DNA of 64,000 nt from Hemiscyllium ocellatum (lineage: Eukaryota), in the NCBI RefSeq assembly GCF_020745735.1, contig NC_083412.1:74552320-74616319 (forward strand), given 5' to 3'. The notes beneath the pieces were generated by a model. That model ran no database searches. It was not told where the DNA came from and worked only from the letters and a program-made list of their open reading frames with translations. This document shows positions 39,243 through 51,199 of the stretch, one piece after another. Position 1 is the first letter of the stretch, and every line of letters begins with the position of its first letter. The position numbers were made by a program, and so were the translations under genes.

Positions 39243-40050
39243 GTTTGTGGATGAATGCCATGCCTCTAGGAATTCCCTGGCTGTTCTCTGTCTGGCTTGT
39301 CCTATGATGGTAGTGTTTTCCCAGTCAAATTCATGTTCCTGGTTGTCTGAGTGTATGGCTACTAGGCTCATATGTCCGAGGTAAGATACCTTCACTTTTG
39401 TGAACTCACCCTTGACAAGATTTATTTCTAAGCCGTCTAATGATAATTATTTTACATGTTCTTCTCACATGTTGCTGTATATTAAAACATCCTCCAATTA
39501 AACTACACAATTATTCACATTGGCTATGACATGATTCGTAAGCCTTTCGAACACATCTAGGGCATCTTTAAACACAAATAACATGATGCAACACATTTGG
39601 TGCAACAAAAGCAGATTTTTTATTTAGCTCTTGATGTTGGTAGTATTTTCCAGTATCCCTTCAACTGATCAATTTTAGAAATGTAGATATACTCAGATAC
39701 ACTGCTAACAATATTGATAAAATCTTTTAACCAAGGAATTGGGTATGTCCTTGTTTTTGGTAATGCCTTTCTGTAGCCTATGCAGAATTTAGTCAACCCA
39801 TGTGCTTTAGAAACTAACATCTCGCGAGGTTCATTCAAATGATTTTCTAACATGCCTCAAATCTCTGTTGCCATCTGAGTTTATTTTTCTGGTCTTAAGT
39901 GATAATGATGTCATTTCATTGTCACTGATAGCTGTACTGCCACATCATGCCAGGTTTACATGAACGTTTTTTGGATCTCTAAAGATTTTCTTAAATATCC
40001 AAAGTACTTTTATTAGCTATTTCGACTGTCTTTCTAAGCATGAGAATTAT

Positions 40051-40372
40051 GGGTGGCACGGTGGCACAGTGGTTAGCACTGCTGCCTCACATCGCCAGAG
40101 ACCTGGGTTCAATTCCCGCCTCAGGCAACTGTCTGTGTGGAGTTTGCACATTCTCCCCATGTCTGCGTGGGTATCCTCCAGGTGCTCTGGTTTCCTCCCA
40201 CAGTCCAAAAATGTGCAGGTTAGGTGAATTGGCTGTGCTAAATTGCCTGTAGTGTTAGGTGAAGGGGTAAATGTAGGGAATGGGTCTGAGTGGGTTGCTC
40301 TTCAAAGGGTCAGTGTGGACTTGTTGGGCCGAAGGGCCTGTTTCCACACTGTAAGTAATCTAATCTAATCTA
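40051..40372 (+). mobile_element. HE1-type V-SINE, full-length
   Basis: A/B boxes TGGCACAGTGG and GGTTCAATTCC; tail (TAATC)n. Confidence 0.92.
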
Positions 40373-40382
40373 AGTAAATTTT

Positions 40383-41310
40383 CATCAGCAATCCTTCACT
40401 AGGGAGTATGGTTGTCCACATCAGAGATTCTGTGTCACTGCCCATGGGTTCTGTGGGTCCCTGTGTGGTTGATGAGCCCAATCCTAGAGCCATACCTCCA
40501 ACCACAGATTTTCCAGGTGATGGAATTGGCCCTTGGCCTTGAGATCATTGGTGTTCCTTTTCTACACTTCCTCTTGCCAATGGGTGTTTTCAAAGAATTA
40601 AGTCCCTTCATTCAGAAGTTTCCTCTGTTGGTTTTTTCTGAATAAGGGTCTCCCATGCATTGATCTCTATGTTATATGAATTGAGGGAAGCCTTCAGGGT
40701 GTCTTTTGTTATCCTCTTGTTTAAGTACCTGCCTTGACCTGTGCAAGGATTTGTTTTGGCAGTAGGAACTCAGGTCTCTGAAGCATGTGGCTGGCTCAGC
40801 AGAATTGGTTTTGGATCATCATGGCCTAGATGCAGGTGCTATTAGTTGCTTCAAGGATGCTGATATTAGTACATCTGTCCTCCCAACTAGTGCAGAGAAT
40901 CTGCTTCAATAGCATTGATGGTACTTTTGAAGGGTCTTGAAGTTGCATCCTTATGTAATTCAAGTTTCGGAGCCAAGCAGAAGAATAAGAAGGATGATTG
41001 TCTGATACACAATCCAGAGAAATTTATCAAACTCCTTGATAACAAAATGTCAGTGACGATTCTCACCGATAGCAATATGACAGAATCCTTTGAGGGCAAG
41101 ACATGCACCAAACAGGGATGTGTCAACACCCCAAACATTTTCTACATCTTCATTGCCACCGTTCTTTATCGTGTCAAGAACAAGTTTTGCAGTGGTGGAA
41201 ACATTGTCTACAGGATTGACGGCAAACGTTTCATTCTCAGTGTGTTGGAATCCAAGAAGAAAATGACTTTGAACTTGCTTGCCAAATTTCAATAAGCATT
41301 AGAGTGTGGT
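40383..41310 (-). mobile_element. RTE-clade LINE remnant with inverted 5' segment
   Basis: Minus strand 41000-40383: LLGSET..KYHQ..TNISILE..LPKQIL..DTLKAS; plus strand 41010-41295: PEKFIKLL..KQGCVNTPNIFYIF..YRIDGKRF. Confidence 0.7.
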
Positions 41311-41831
41311 ATCTAACTGTCCCAGTATTTCTGTATTGGCTAATCAGAATATCGGAAGTTCACTTTGTCAATTCTCCGTCTCTCCCACTGCCTCACTCTT
41401 GCTTTTGCTGTCATCCTCTACTACTCTCACCACCTATTATATTTACTCTTTCCTAACTTCCTCTCTATGATGATAATGCTTTAACATGTTTAGATGATAT
41501 AAGAATTTCTTCTTCCTATGGTCTGGGATATCTGTCAAAAAAGTCTTCGAGTGAAAAGTGAGGTCTGCAGATGCTGGAGATCCAAGCTGAAAATGTGTTG
41601 CTGGTTAAAGTACAGCAGGTCAGGCAGCATCCAAGGAACAGGAAATTCGACATTTCGGGCCAGAGCCCTTCATCAGGAAGGAGGAGAGGATGCCAGGCAG
41701 GCTAAGATAAAAGGTAGGGAGGAGGGACTTGGGGGAGGGGCGATGGAGATGTGATAGGTGGAAGGAGGTCAAGGTGAGGGTGATAGGCCGGAGTGGGGTG
41801 GGGGCGGAGAGGTCACGAAGAGGATTGCAAG

Positions 41832-43032
41832 TTAGGAGGGCGGTGCTGAGTTCAAGGGAATCGACTGAGACAAGGTGGGGGGAGGGGAAATGAGGAAACT
41901 GGAGAAATCTGAGTTCATACCTTGTGGTTGGAGGGTTCCCAGGCGGAAGATGAGGCGCTCTTCCTTGAACCGTCGTGTTGTTATGTTCTGGCGATGGAGG
42001 AGTCCAAGGGCCTGCATGTCTTCGGTGGAGTGTGAGGGAGAGTTAAAGTGTTGAGCCATGGGGTGGTTGGGTTGGTTGGTCCGGGTGTCCCAGAGGTGTT
42101 CCCTGAAGCGTTCTGCAAGTAGGCGGCCTGTCTTCCCAATATAGAGGAGGCCACATCGCGTGCAGCGGATGCAATAGATGATGTGTGTGGAGGTGCTGGT
42201 GAATTTGTGGCGGATATGGAAGGATCCCTTGGGGCCTTGAAGAGAAGTAAGGGAGGAGGTGTGGGCGCAAGTTTTGCATTTCCTGCGGTTGCAGGGGAAG
42301 GTGCCGGGAGTGGAGGTTGGGTTGGTGTGGGGTATGGACCTGACGAAGGAGTCACAAAGGGAGTGGTCTTTGCGGAACGCTGATGGGGAGGGGAGGGAAA
42401 TATATCCCTGGTGGTGGGGTCCGTTTGGAGTTGGCGAAAATGACAGCGGATGATACGCTGTATACGGAGGTTGGTGGGGTGGTAGGTGAGAACCAGTGGG
42501 GTTCTGTCTTGGTGGTGGTTGGAGGGGCGGAGGAGCGGGAAGTGGAGGAGATGCGATGGAGGGCATCGTCGATCATGTCTGGGGGGAATCTGCGGTCCTT
42601 GAAGAAGGAGGCCATCTGGGCTGTACGGTATTGGAACTGGTCCTCCTGGGAGCAGATGTGGCGGAGACGAAGGAATTGGGAATATGGGATGGAGTTTTTA
42701 CAGGGGGCAGGGTGGGAGCAGGTGAAGTCCAGGTAGCTGTGGGAGTCAGTCGGTTTATAGTAGATGTCTGTGTTGAGTCGGTCACCCGAGATAGAAATGG
42801 AAAGGCCTAGGAAGGGGAGGGAGGAGTCTGAGACAGTCCAGGTGAATTTGAGGTTGGGATGGAAGGTGTTGGTAAAGTCGATGAACTGTTCAACCTCCTC
42901 ATGGGAGCACGAGGCAGCGCCGATACAGTCATCGATGTAGCGTAGGAAAAGGTGGGGGGTGGTGCCAGTGTAGTTGCGGAAGATGGACTGTTCCACATAT
43001 CCTACAAAGAGACAGGCATAGCTGGGGCCCAT
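41832..43032 (-). pseudogene. Second, inverted copy of the PLE RT/GIY-YIG region
   Basis: ORFs 42352..43032 and 41832..42566, frameshifted by a 13-bp deletion relative to the plus arm. Confidence 0.9.
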
Positions 43033-43064
43033 GCTTCCCCGGTCCCCAACGCCTTATCTTCACG

Positions 43065-44479
43065 ATGGACATCCAGTCCCTGTACACCTCCATCCCCCAT
43101 CACGAAGGACTCAAAGCCCTCCGCTTCTTCCTTTCCTGCCGCACCAACCAGTACCCTTCCACTGACACCCTCCTTCGACTGACTGAACTGGTCCTCACCC
43201 TGAATAACTCCTCTTTCCAATCCTCCCACTTCCTCCAAACTAAAGGAGTTGCTATGGGCACCCACATGGGCCCCAGCTATGCCAGTCTCTTTGTAGGATA
43301 TGTGGAACAGTCCATCTTCCGCAACTACACTGGCACCACCCCCCACCTTTTCCTCCGCTACATCGATGACTGTATCGGCGCTGCCTCGTGCTCCCACGAG
43401 GAGGTTAAACAGTTCATCAACTTTACCAACACCTTCCATCCCGACCTCAAATTCACCTGGACTGACTCAGACTCCTCCCTCCCCTTCCTAGACCTTTCCA
43501 TTTCTATCTCGGGCAAGCGACTCAACACAGACATCTACTATAAACCGACTGACTCCCACAGCTACCTGGACTACACCTCCTCCCACCCTGCCCCCTGTAA
43601 AAACTCCATCCCATATTCCCAATTCCTTCATCTCCGCCGCATCTGCTCCCAGGAGGACCAGTTCCAGTACCGTACAGCCCAGATGGCCTCCTTCTTCAAG
43701 GACCGCAGATTCCCCCCAGACGTGATCGACGATGCCCTCCACCGCATCTCCTCCACTTCCCGCTCCTCCGCCCTTGAGCCCTGCCCCTCCAACCGCCACC
43801 AAGACAGAACCCCACTGGTTCTCACCTACCACCCCACCAACCTCTGTATATAGCGTATCATCCGCTGTCATTTCCGCCAACTCCAAACGGACCTCACCAC
43901 TAGGGATATATTTCCCTCCCCTCCCCATCAGCGTTCCGCAAAGACCACTCCCTTCATGACTCCCTCGTCAGGTCCACACCTCCCATCAACCCAACCTCCA
44001 CTCCCGGCACTTTCCCCTGCAACAGCAGGAAATGCAAAACTTGAGCCCACACCTCCTCCCTTACTTCCCTCCAAGGCCCCAAGGGATCCTTCCATATCCG
44101 CCACAAATTCACCAGCACCTCCACACACATCAGCTATTGCATCCGCTGCACCCGATGTGGCCTCCTCTATATTGGGGAGACGGGCCGCCTACTTGCAGAA
44201 CGCTTCAGGGAACACCTCTGGGACGCCCGGACCAACCAACCCAACCACCCCGTGGCTCAATACTTTAACTCTCCCTCCCACTCCACCGAAGACATGCAAG
44301 TCCTTGGACTCCTCCATCGCCAGAACATAACAACACGACGGTTGGAGGAAGAGCGCCTCATCTTCCACCTGGGAACCCTCCAACCACAAGGGATGAACTC
44401 AGATTTCTCCAGTTTCCTCATTTCTCCTCCCCCCACCTTGTCTCAGTCGATTCCCTTGAACTCAGCACCGCCCTCCTAA
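43065..44479 (+). pseudogene. PLE reverse transcriptase plus GIY-YIG endonuclease (5'-truncated, with stops)
   Basis: ORFs 43065..43853 and 44252..44479 with RT motifs and endonuclease C-terminus. Confidence 0.9.
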
Positions 44480-44630
44480 CCTGCAATCCTCTTCCTGACC
44501 TCTCCACCCCCACCCCACTCCGGCCTATCACCCTCACCTTGACCTCCTTCCACCTATCACATCTCCATTGCCCCTCCCCCAAGTCCCTCCTCCCTACCTT
44601 TTATCTTAACCTGCCTGGCATCCTCTCCTC

Positions 44631-44666
44631 ATTCCTGATGAAGGGCTCTGGCCCGAAACGTCGAAT
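44631..44666 (+). ncRNA. Minimal type I hammerhead ribozyme motif (intact core; predicted cut after C44662)
   Basis: ATTC CTGATGA A GGGC TCTG GCCC GAAAC GTC GAAT: stem I ATTC/GAAT, stem II GGGC/GCCC, palindromic ACGT stem III, GUC triplet. Confidence 0.85.
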
Positions 44667-46309
44667 TTCCTGTTCCTTGGATGCTGCCTGACCTGCTGTG
44701 CTTTAACCAGCAACACATTTTCAGCTCGTATCTGTCAAAAAATCCAATTACTATCTTAATTATCTTGTATGACCACTAAACCTTACCTTCAGAGATTCAC
44801 ACTATAAAAGTATTAGGACTAATACTTTTCTCTGATTTACACTGTTTGAGTTGTGGCCTAATTGTTATTCTTTCTTTTCCTGCATCACTTCTCATACTCC
44901 TGTACATCTCTCCAGAAACATGGACACATAATCAAACTTTGAGTATTCATTTCTCTGTCTTAAAAAAACTCTTCCTTAAGGAACTTTAATCAACCTCTTA
45001 TTTGTAATCATAGATCAACTCAGTGAACAAAATGCCTTGGATACATTTGGGGAATCTTTCACAGCAAGTAATTTTTAAAAAATCCCAATCCTGCAGGTAT
45101 TTGTGATAATCTGCCTTAATCATTGTTTTCAAAGTCTGATGGTATTTTTCCAAGTCGCCCTGTGTTTGTGGGTGATATACAATGGCCTTCAACGCACCTA
45201 TTATTACAACCAAAATGACCTATTCTGTGCTGAAAAATGATAGATGTAAAGTTGGATCCTTGATCTGACTGTATTTCTATTGGTAGTCCATTACAAATAA
45301 AAAGCTGAGTTGATTTCTACACCAATACTTCAGCTACAATTGTCCTGAAAGGAACAGCTCTGGAAATTGGATTGTCATATCCATAATATCAAATTTATAC
45401 TGGTGACCTGCTTTCAATTTTTGTAATGCCCGATATAATCTATTATTGCTGTACTGAATGGGTCTTCAAAAACTCTTTTTGGTATTTGTGGGCCAAATGA
45501 CCTGTTTTTGTGCAGTAATATTAAAGGTGCTGGTTACAAATTGAGGTTTCCCCACTATCTGAGATGCATGGCATGTTTTACAGAACTGAATTGCTGTTTA
45601 TGAAGTCTTGGCCAATAAAACAACCGTTATCGATACATGTGTTTTATGTATTCCGTATGTGTTTTGATATAGCAATATCAAAGTGTTGATGAACAATCAT
45701 CCATTTCTCACCCGCAGATTGATGAGGATGTGTCCACCTCCTCATTCTAAAATAGCACTCTGGAATTCCTTTAGCATCAGCCTCAGTGTGAGCTTATTGT
45801 GTTAATTTGCTTAACTCTAGATCTCTGAAGAAGATATACTAAGCACATCTTTTGAATTATCCCCTCCTTGAAGAAAGTTTTGATGGTTGTACTAACTGCT
45901 GTGGTGTTATTTTGTCCTCAGATGGTGGCCATTGTTCAGCCGTTGCTCTGGTAGCCACATGCTATGGAAAAATAACCTGGAAATTATTACTTGTTCTGTC
46001 TCTTTAATTGCACTTGGATTTTCAGAGATTATGTGTGAAACTATACATTTTACATCAGAGAAATCATTATTCAGGAGTCAGTCAACTCCATCCTGGATAA
46101 TTTCTAAACACCTCTTACCACCACTGATCAGAACATCAAATCATATTTTAAATGGACTTAATACAATTTAGTGGCATATACTCTCCACTTATCCTGTTTA
46201 GTAAAGCTTTGGCTTTCATTGTACTCTTTGAATGAAGAACTATGCCCTTCTTCAAGGAATTGCTTTGAGTATCTTCTGTGTGAGTTATGTTGTGGGTTTA
46301 TCTTTAGTA

Positions 46310-46845
46310 ATACAGGGTAGTAGTGAGACTGCATCTGGAGTGCTCTGTGCAGTTTTGGTCACCTTATTTATGGAAGGATGTACATGTATTGGAGCTACTT
46401 CAAGGTTTCAGACAAATATCTGGACTGAGAGCATTGCCAAAGAGGTAAGGTTGGACTTGTCTTGTATCTGCTGGAGTTTAAAAGAGACAACTAGATTAAA
46501 ACGTACAAAATCCTGAAAGTTTTGACAGGATCAATGTGAAGATGACATTTCTTCTTGGGGGAAATTATAAACCGGGGGTCACCCATTTAAAACCAAGATG
46601 AGCTGACATTCTTTTCTCAGAGGGTCATGAGCCTTTGGAACTGTCTTCCTGAAAAGGTGCTGGCAGTAGAGTCCTTGAATATGTTTTTTTAAGACAGAAG
46701 TGAATAGATTCTTGTTGAGCAAGGAGGTGAAAGTTTATCGGGGATTAGGTGCGAGTATGAATTTGAGTTGACAATCAGATTAGCTGTGATCATCTCACAG
46801 GACAGGGGCAGGCTGAGTGGCCTTTTGCTATTCTCGTATTTGTGT
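46310..46845 (+). mobile_element. Old CR1 3' remnant
   Basis: GTGAGACTGCATCTGGAGTGCTCTGTGCAGTTTTGGTCACC..FSQRVMSLWNCLPEK and tail. Confidence 0.75.
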
Positions 46846-47129
46846 GTACTTGGGACTGTGGTCTGTTGCAGTGTTCCTCCTGGGACTGATTGCATTCCCA
46901 ATAGTAACCACTGCTAGGACAGCTGAAACATCCAGCAAATGGAATGACCGGCTGCTCTAGAGACACTGAGGGGCAGATGTCTCGCTCTGTGCCAACTTAG
47001 CCCATCTGCAGCAAGTTATGGATGCCAGGCAGGCTTAGTCAGAGTCTGTCAACTGGGCATCTACATTTCTGTAAGTCCCTCCCCACTTAATTGTCTGTTT
47101 ATTCTGTTGAGCAATGTTCAGTGCCATTC

Positions 47130-47930
47130 CTCAGATACTGAAGCTGTTTCTATTCAAGTGCAACAAGACCTGGCTAACATTACAGGCTTGATCTGATAAG
47201 TGGCAGGCAATATTATACCCAGGCCATTGCCAGCCAGTTACCACCTGTAACTAGAGATAATATGACCACCTCTGCTTTGCAATTGATGGCAGCTTCATTG
47301 CTGGTTTTCCCACTCAGCATCCTTAATGGGGGAACCAGAAACATAATGGGCCAGACATATAAATACTGCAGTCATAAGTGATCTGATATTCTATGTATGT
47401 GGCTCCTCTACTGACTCCCCAGCAAAATCTATCCAAAAATCTACAAGTCTCAAGTTATGAATGTGATGGAACATGCTCCAGTTCCCTGGATTAGTGTATG
47501 GTTAGCATCAGACAGGAACTCAACAGCATCCATGACATGGAATCCATTTGATAGGCACCACATCCATCTGCTTCAACATTCATTTCTCCCAGCACTTGCA
47601 TGCTCTGGCTGCAGTGTGTGCCAACTATAAAATGCATTGTAGCAACTCAATAAGAATTGCTCAACAATATCTTCCAAAACTGCAACATAACCACCTAAAA
47701 GTTCAAGGACAGATGGCAGATAGGGACACCAGCCCCTGAAAGCGCCCTCCAAACTACACATAATTTTGACTTGAACCTGTGTTACTACTCCTTCACTGTT
47801 GCTGCGTCAAATTCCTGAAACTCAGGCCTGAACAGCACTACGGCTGCACTGCATGATATAGACTGCAGCAGTTCTGGATTACAACACCGTATAACCTTCT
47901 CAAGGTCAATTAGGGATAAGTAGTAAACAC
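47130..47930 (+). mobile_element. L2/CR1-group LINE 3' remnant
   Basis: Homologous to 1420-1965 and 25100-25660. Confidence 0.6.
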
Positions 47931-48394
47931 TTGTGTTCTCCACTGAAATGAATTATTCTTAAAACAAAAAATGTACTACATCATTTAAATTCATAATTTG
48001 GCAGACTGGAGAGAGAAGAAAATATTCTCTGGATCATCCTCAGGAGTTTCTGCCTGCTTGTAATAACTCACTTTTGTCTTCAGTTTGTATATTCCCAAAT
48101 ATATGACCACTGACAACACAGCTCATTACACTTAATCAGCAGTCAAGCAGACAGGGAACAAATACTTGAGAGCTGTCTCGTGTCCAGCTGTCCCCTGTTT
48201 TAGTTCATAAGGAAACTGGAACAGACCACTATTCTGAATACCTCATAAAACTGAGCACCACAGGGAAAGAGAGAAGAAATGCCAGTCAGGAATTCTCAGT
48301 CCATCCAGATACCCCTGATGGAGGATTGGGCTCAGCTGGCTTCACCTGTACAGCAGAAAGACTTGCCGACTGATACTATTTGCACCCAAATGAG

Positions 48395-49520
48395 ACCATA
48401 AAACATAGGAGAGAAAATAGCCATTCAGCCCATTGAGTCTGTTCTGCCATTCAATTGTGGCTGATAAATTTCTCAATCCCATTCTCCAGCTTTCTCCTTG
48501 TAACCCTTGATCCCCTTGATACTCAAAGACCTATCATCTCAGTCTTAAGTATACTGAATGACCTGGCCACCACAGCCTTCTTTGGCAATGGATTCCTTAG
48601 ATTCACCACTCTCTGGCTGAAGAGTTTCTCCTTAACTCCAGTCTAAAAGATCTTCCCTTTACTCTAAGGCTGTGCCCTCAGGTCCTAGTCTCTCCTACCA
48701 ATGGAAACATCCACTCTGTCCAGGCCATTCAGTATTCTGTATTTTTCAATTAGATCCCCCCTTATCCTTCTAAACTCCTTTGAATATAAACCCAGAGTCC
48801 TCAAATGTTCCTCATATGTTAATTCTCATGTAATTCTCATTCCTGGGACCATTCTCATGAACCTCCTCTGAGCAGGCTCCAGGACCAGTACATCCTTTCT
48901 GACTTACTTCCTCAAAGAATTCTAGCAGATTTATCAGGCATGACCATCCCTTAATGACTTTGCCCTATTTTACTATACGCTTCCAAGTACTCAGAAATCT
49001 CATCCTTCATAATGTATTCCAGATTCTTACCCATGATCGAATTTAGGCTAATTGGTCTGTAATTTTACTCCCTAATTTTAGTGACTCCTGAAACATAATC
49101 AATAGCATGTCCACTATCTCTTCAGTTATCTCCCTAAGATCTCTGGGTGCAGTCCATCTGGTCCAGGTGATTTATCCATCTTCAGGCTATTCAGTTTTTC
49201 TAGCACCTTCTCCTTGGTGATGGCCACTGTACTCAGTTCTGCCCCCTCACTCCCTTGCATTTTTGGGATATTACTTGTGTCTTCCACGGTAAAGACTGAC
49301 AGAAAGTAATTATTCAGTTCCTCAGCCATTTCCTTGTTTCCCACTACTAGCTCTCCAGTGTCATTTTCCAGTGGCCCAGTGTCCACTTTTGCTTCTCTTT
49401 TGCACTTTTTGTACCTAAAGAAACTCTTCCAGTCTTCTTTATATTACTGGTTACTTTACCCTCATATTTAATCTTCTTCCTCCTTATTTCTTTGTTGCCT
49501 TTGTCAGCTTCCCAATCCTC
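48395..49520 (-). mobile_element. CR1 remnant, internally deleted
   Basis: ORF 49126..49386 EMAEELNNYF..DKSPGPDGLHP joined to a CR1 3' end. Confidence 0.85.
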
Positions 49521-51199
49521 TGGCCATTTAGCTCTTGAAACTGCCTTGCTATTCAGATAATGGCTGATCTATATCTCAAATGTGGTTACAGGCTTAAACT
49601 CCATATCATTTCATATACTTAACCACAATTTGCCAAGCATCCACAGATTTTTGTGGGAGAAAGTTCCAAAGTTTCTTTATCCATTATGTGAGAAGATGCA
49701 TCATTGCTCTAATTTTATTATATCCCCACTTGCTTTGATTCCCCTTACAGAGGAATTAGAATGTTTCGCATCCAAATGTTCCAATCCGCTCTCTTAGATA
49801 ACATTACGATTTTAAGTGAGTCAATCAGATCAACCAATCAAACTATTATTCCAAATAGTTTTGGTGGATGACAATTAAAGGAAGAAATGGGTCCAAATGA
49901 AAATTAAAAGGAAAGTAGTTAGGAAGGCAAATGGAATGTGTTATGGACTAGGTCAGACTCCCTCAAAACAATTCGGGAAAGTAGGCCAGACCCTAACTTT
50001 GCTCGTTGTTTTATTAAATACCAGTGTTTCTTTTCATTGTTCCATTCCACAGCTATGGTGACATCCAAACTAAGTGATATTTTAATTTAACCTTTGTGTA
50101 TCTACATAGTACAACTTAATGAGTAAGTACCTTGTGAACATTTGCTGATAGGGAACATTTGTACAACCAGAGATTTATAGCCACTCTTGTTAGGCAGCAC
50201 TGCAATTAATCCAATGCTCTTTAGATTTTAATGCTTGAAATACATGAATTTTAGTTTGAAGGATTGTCAGAGTTGATTTATATAAACCACTTCTACTTGC
50301 TGGACAATTGTCTTGCTACTAAGGTTTCATTGGTAATGCTACATTTACTTGTCATCTAATACAAACCTTATGTTGGAGACAGGTTCATGATACTTGCTAT
50401 TATTGAGTAAGATGTGGTAGGAGGGGAATGAGTAGGGAACTTAGAGGCTGTTTCCAGCCCAAATCACAACTGACGTGGAGTCTCTAACATCTTTCCTGTG
50501 GTGACTATAAGCTGTAGACCTGTCCTTGGAGTGTAATAATAGATCAGCTTCCGCTTTAGGGAAGTGAAGCAATTGTCCTTCTTGCAGCTCCATATTCTGA
50601 TGTTTTAAGGGCACAGTTTAGAACCTCAAATAAGCTTTACTTGAGTGTGTTACTGCTTACCTGAGAGTTCAGCAGTTACACCCAGGGGCATGTGAGCATA
50701 ACCAAGTACTGAGCCAATGCCTACAATTCGGTGGGTGACCAAATGCATATGTAGGAAGTGTGCAGAGAAAAGAGGACCACTGCCACGCTAATCAGACTAT
50801 GAACTGTAATCACCACCATAAAGCATTGAACATACCATCATTCCTACCAAGGGAGATGTGTGGGTCCATGACCTGAATTGGATAGGCCATGTTTAAAGTG
50901 AATTTATTCATCCATGTCTTATTTTGCATACCCTGATCAGGGGGCTCTCAGGAGAAACAGTTATGAATTAGAGTCTGCCAACAGAAGACAATTACAGGAT
51001 TGGGCTAATTATCCAGATGATGATGATGACCAACCCACTAGATGATTCTCAAGCCCTTTAATAGAAAGACACTGATCCTGAGCCTTCCCGAAAAGAGATA
51101 ACGATATGACCAGCTCCATAGGTCAAACTACGACGGGGCCTAACTGTATGACTCAGGGATGTCCTCAGGCATTTTGTATGGGGATGTAGGATAAACCAC

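Larger units (their letters stand above)
38920..39367 (-). mobile_element. Poseidon-like PLE 3' end (family B)
   Basis: HEFDWENTTIIGQARQRTAREFLEAWHS..INRHIDLDPIY endonuclease C-terminus; TSD TCATATGTCC at 38905-38914 and 39368-39377. Confidence 0.88.
41543..44728. mobile_element. Neptune-like Penelope element as a 3.2-kb inverted duplication (partial RT, GIY-YIG, 3'UTR and hammerhead on both arms)
   Basis: Plus arm: MDIQSLYTSIPH, QTKGVAMGT, RYIDD, LPFLD, YYKPTD. Minus arm: CNRRKCKTC linker, IIYCIRC..LYIGKTGR..RFREH. TSD TATCTGTCAAAAAA at 41529-41542 and 44729-44742. Confidence 0.95.
38256..45800 (-). mobile_element. Gmr1-like Gypsy LTR retrotransposon pol remnant (IN-RT-RH order) with four nested insertions
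   Basis: Reading the minus strand: FYWP..FCKTCH (zinc finger, ~45600), GLPIEIQSDQGSNFTS (~45270), YHPQTQG (~45170), GPY-like module split by the PLE, RT YPIP..KIDQLKGYW (~39700), YLGH (~39375), RNase H AIDASD..YFSEKL..HIANKDNADTLS (~38600-38256). Confidence 0.8.
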
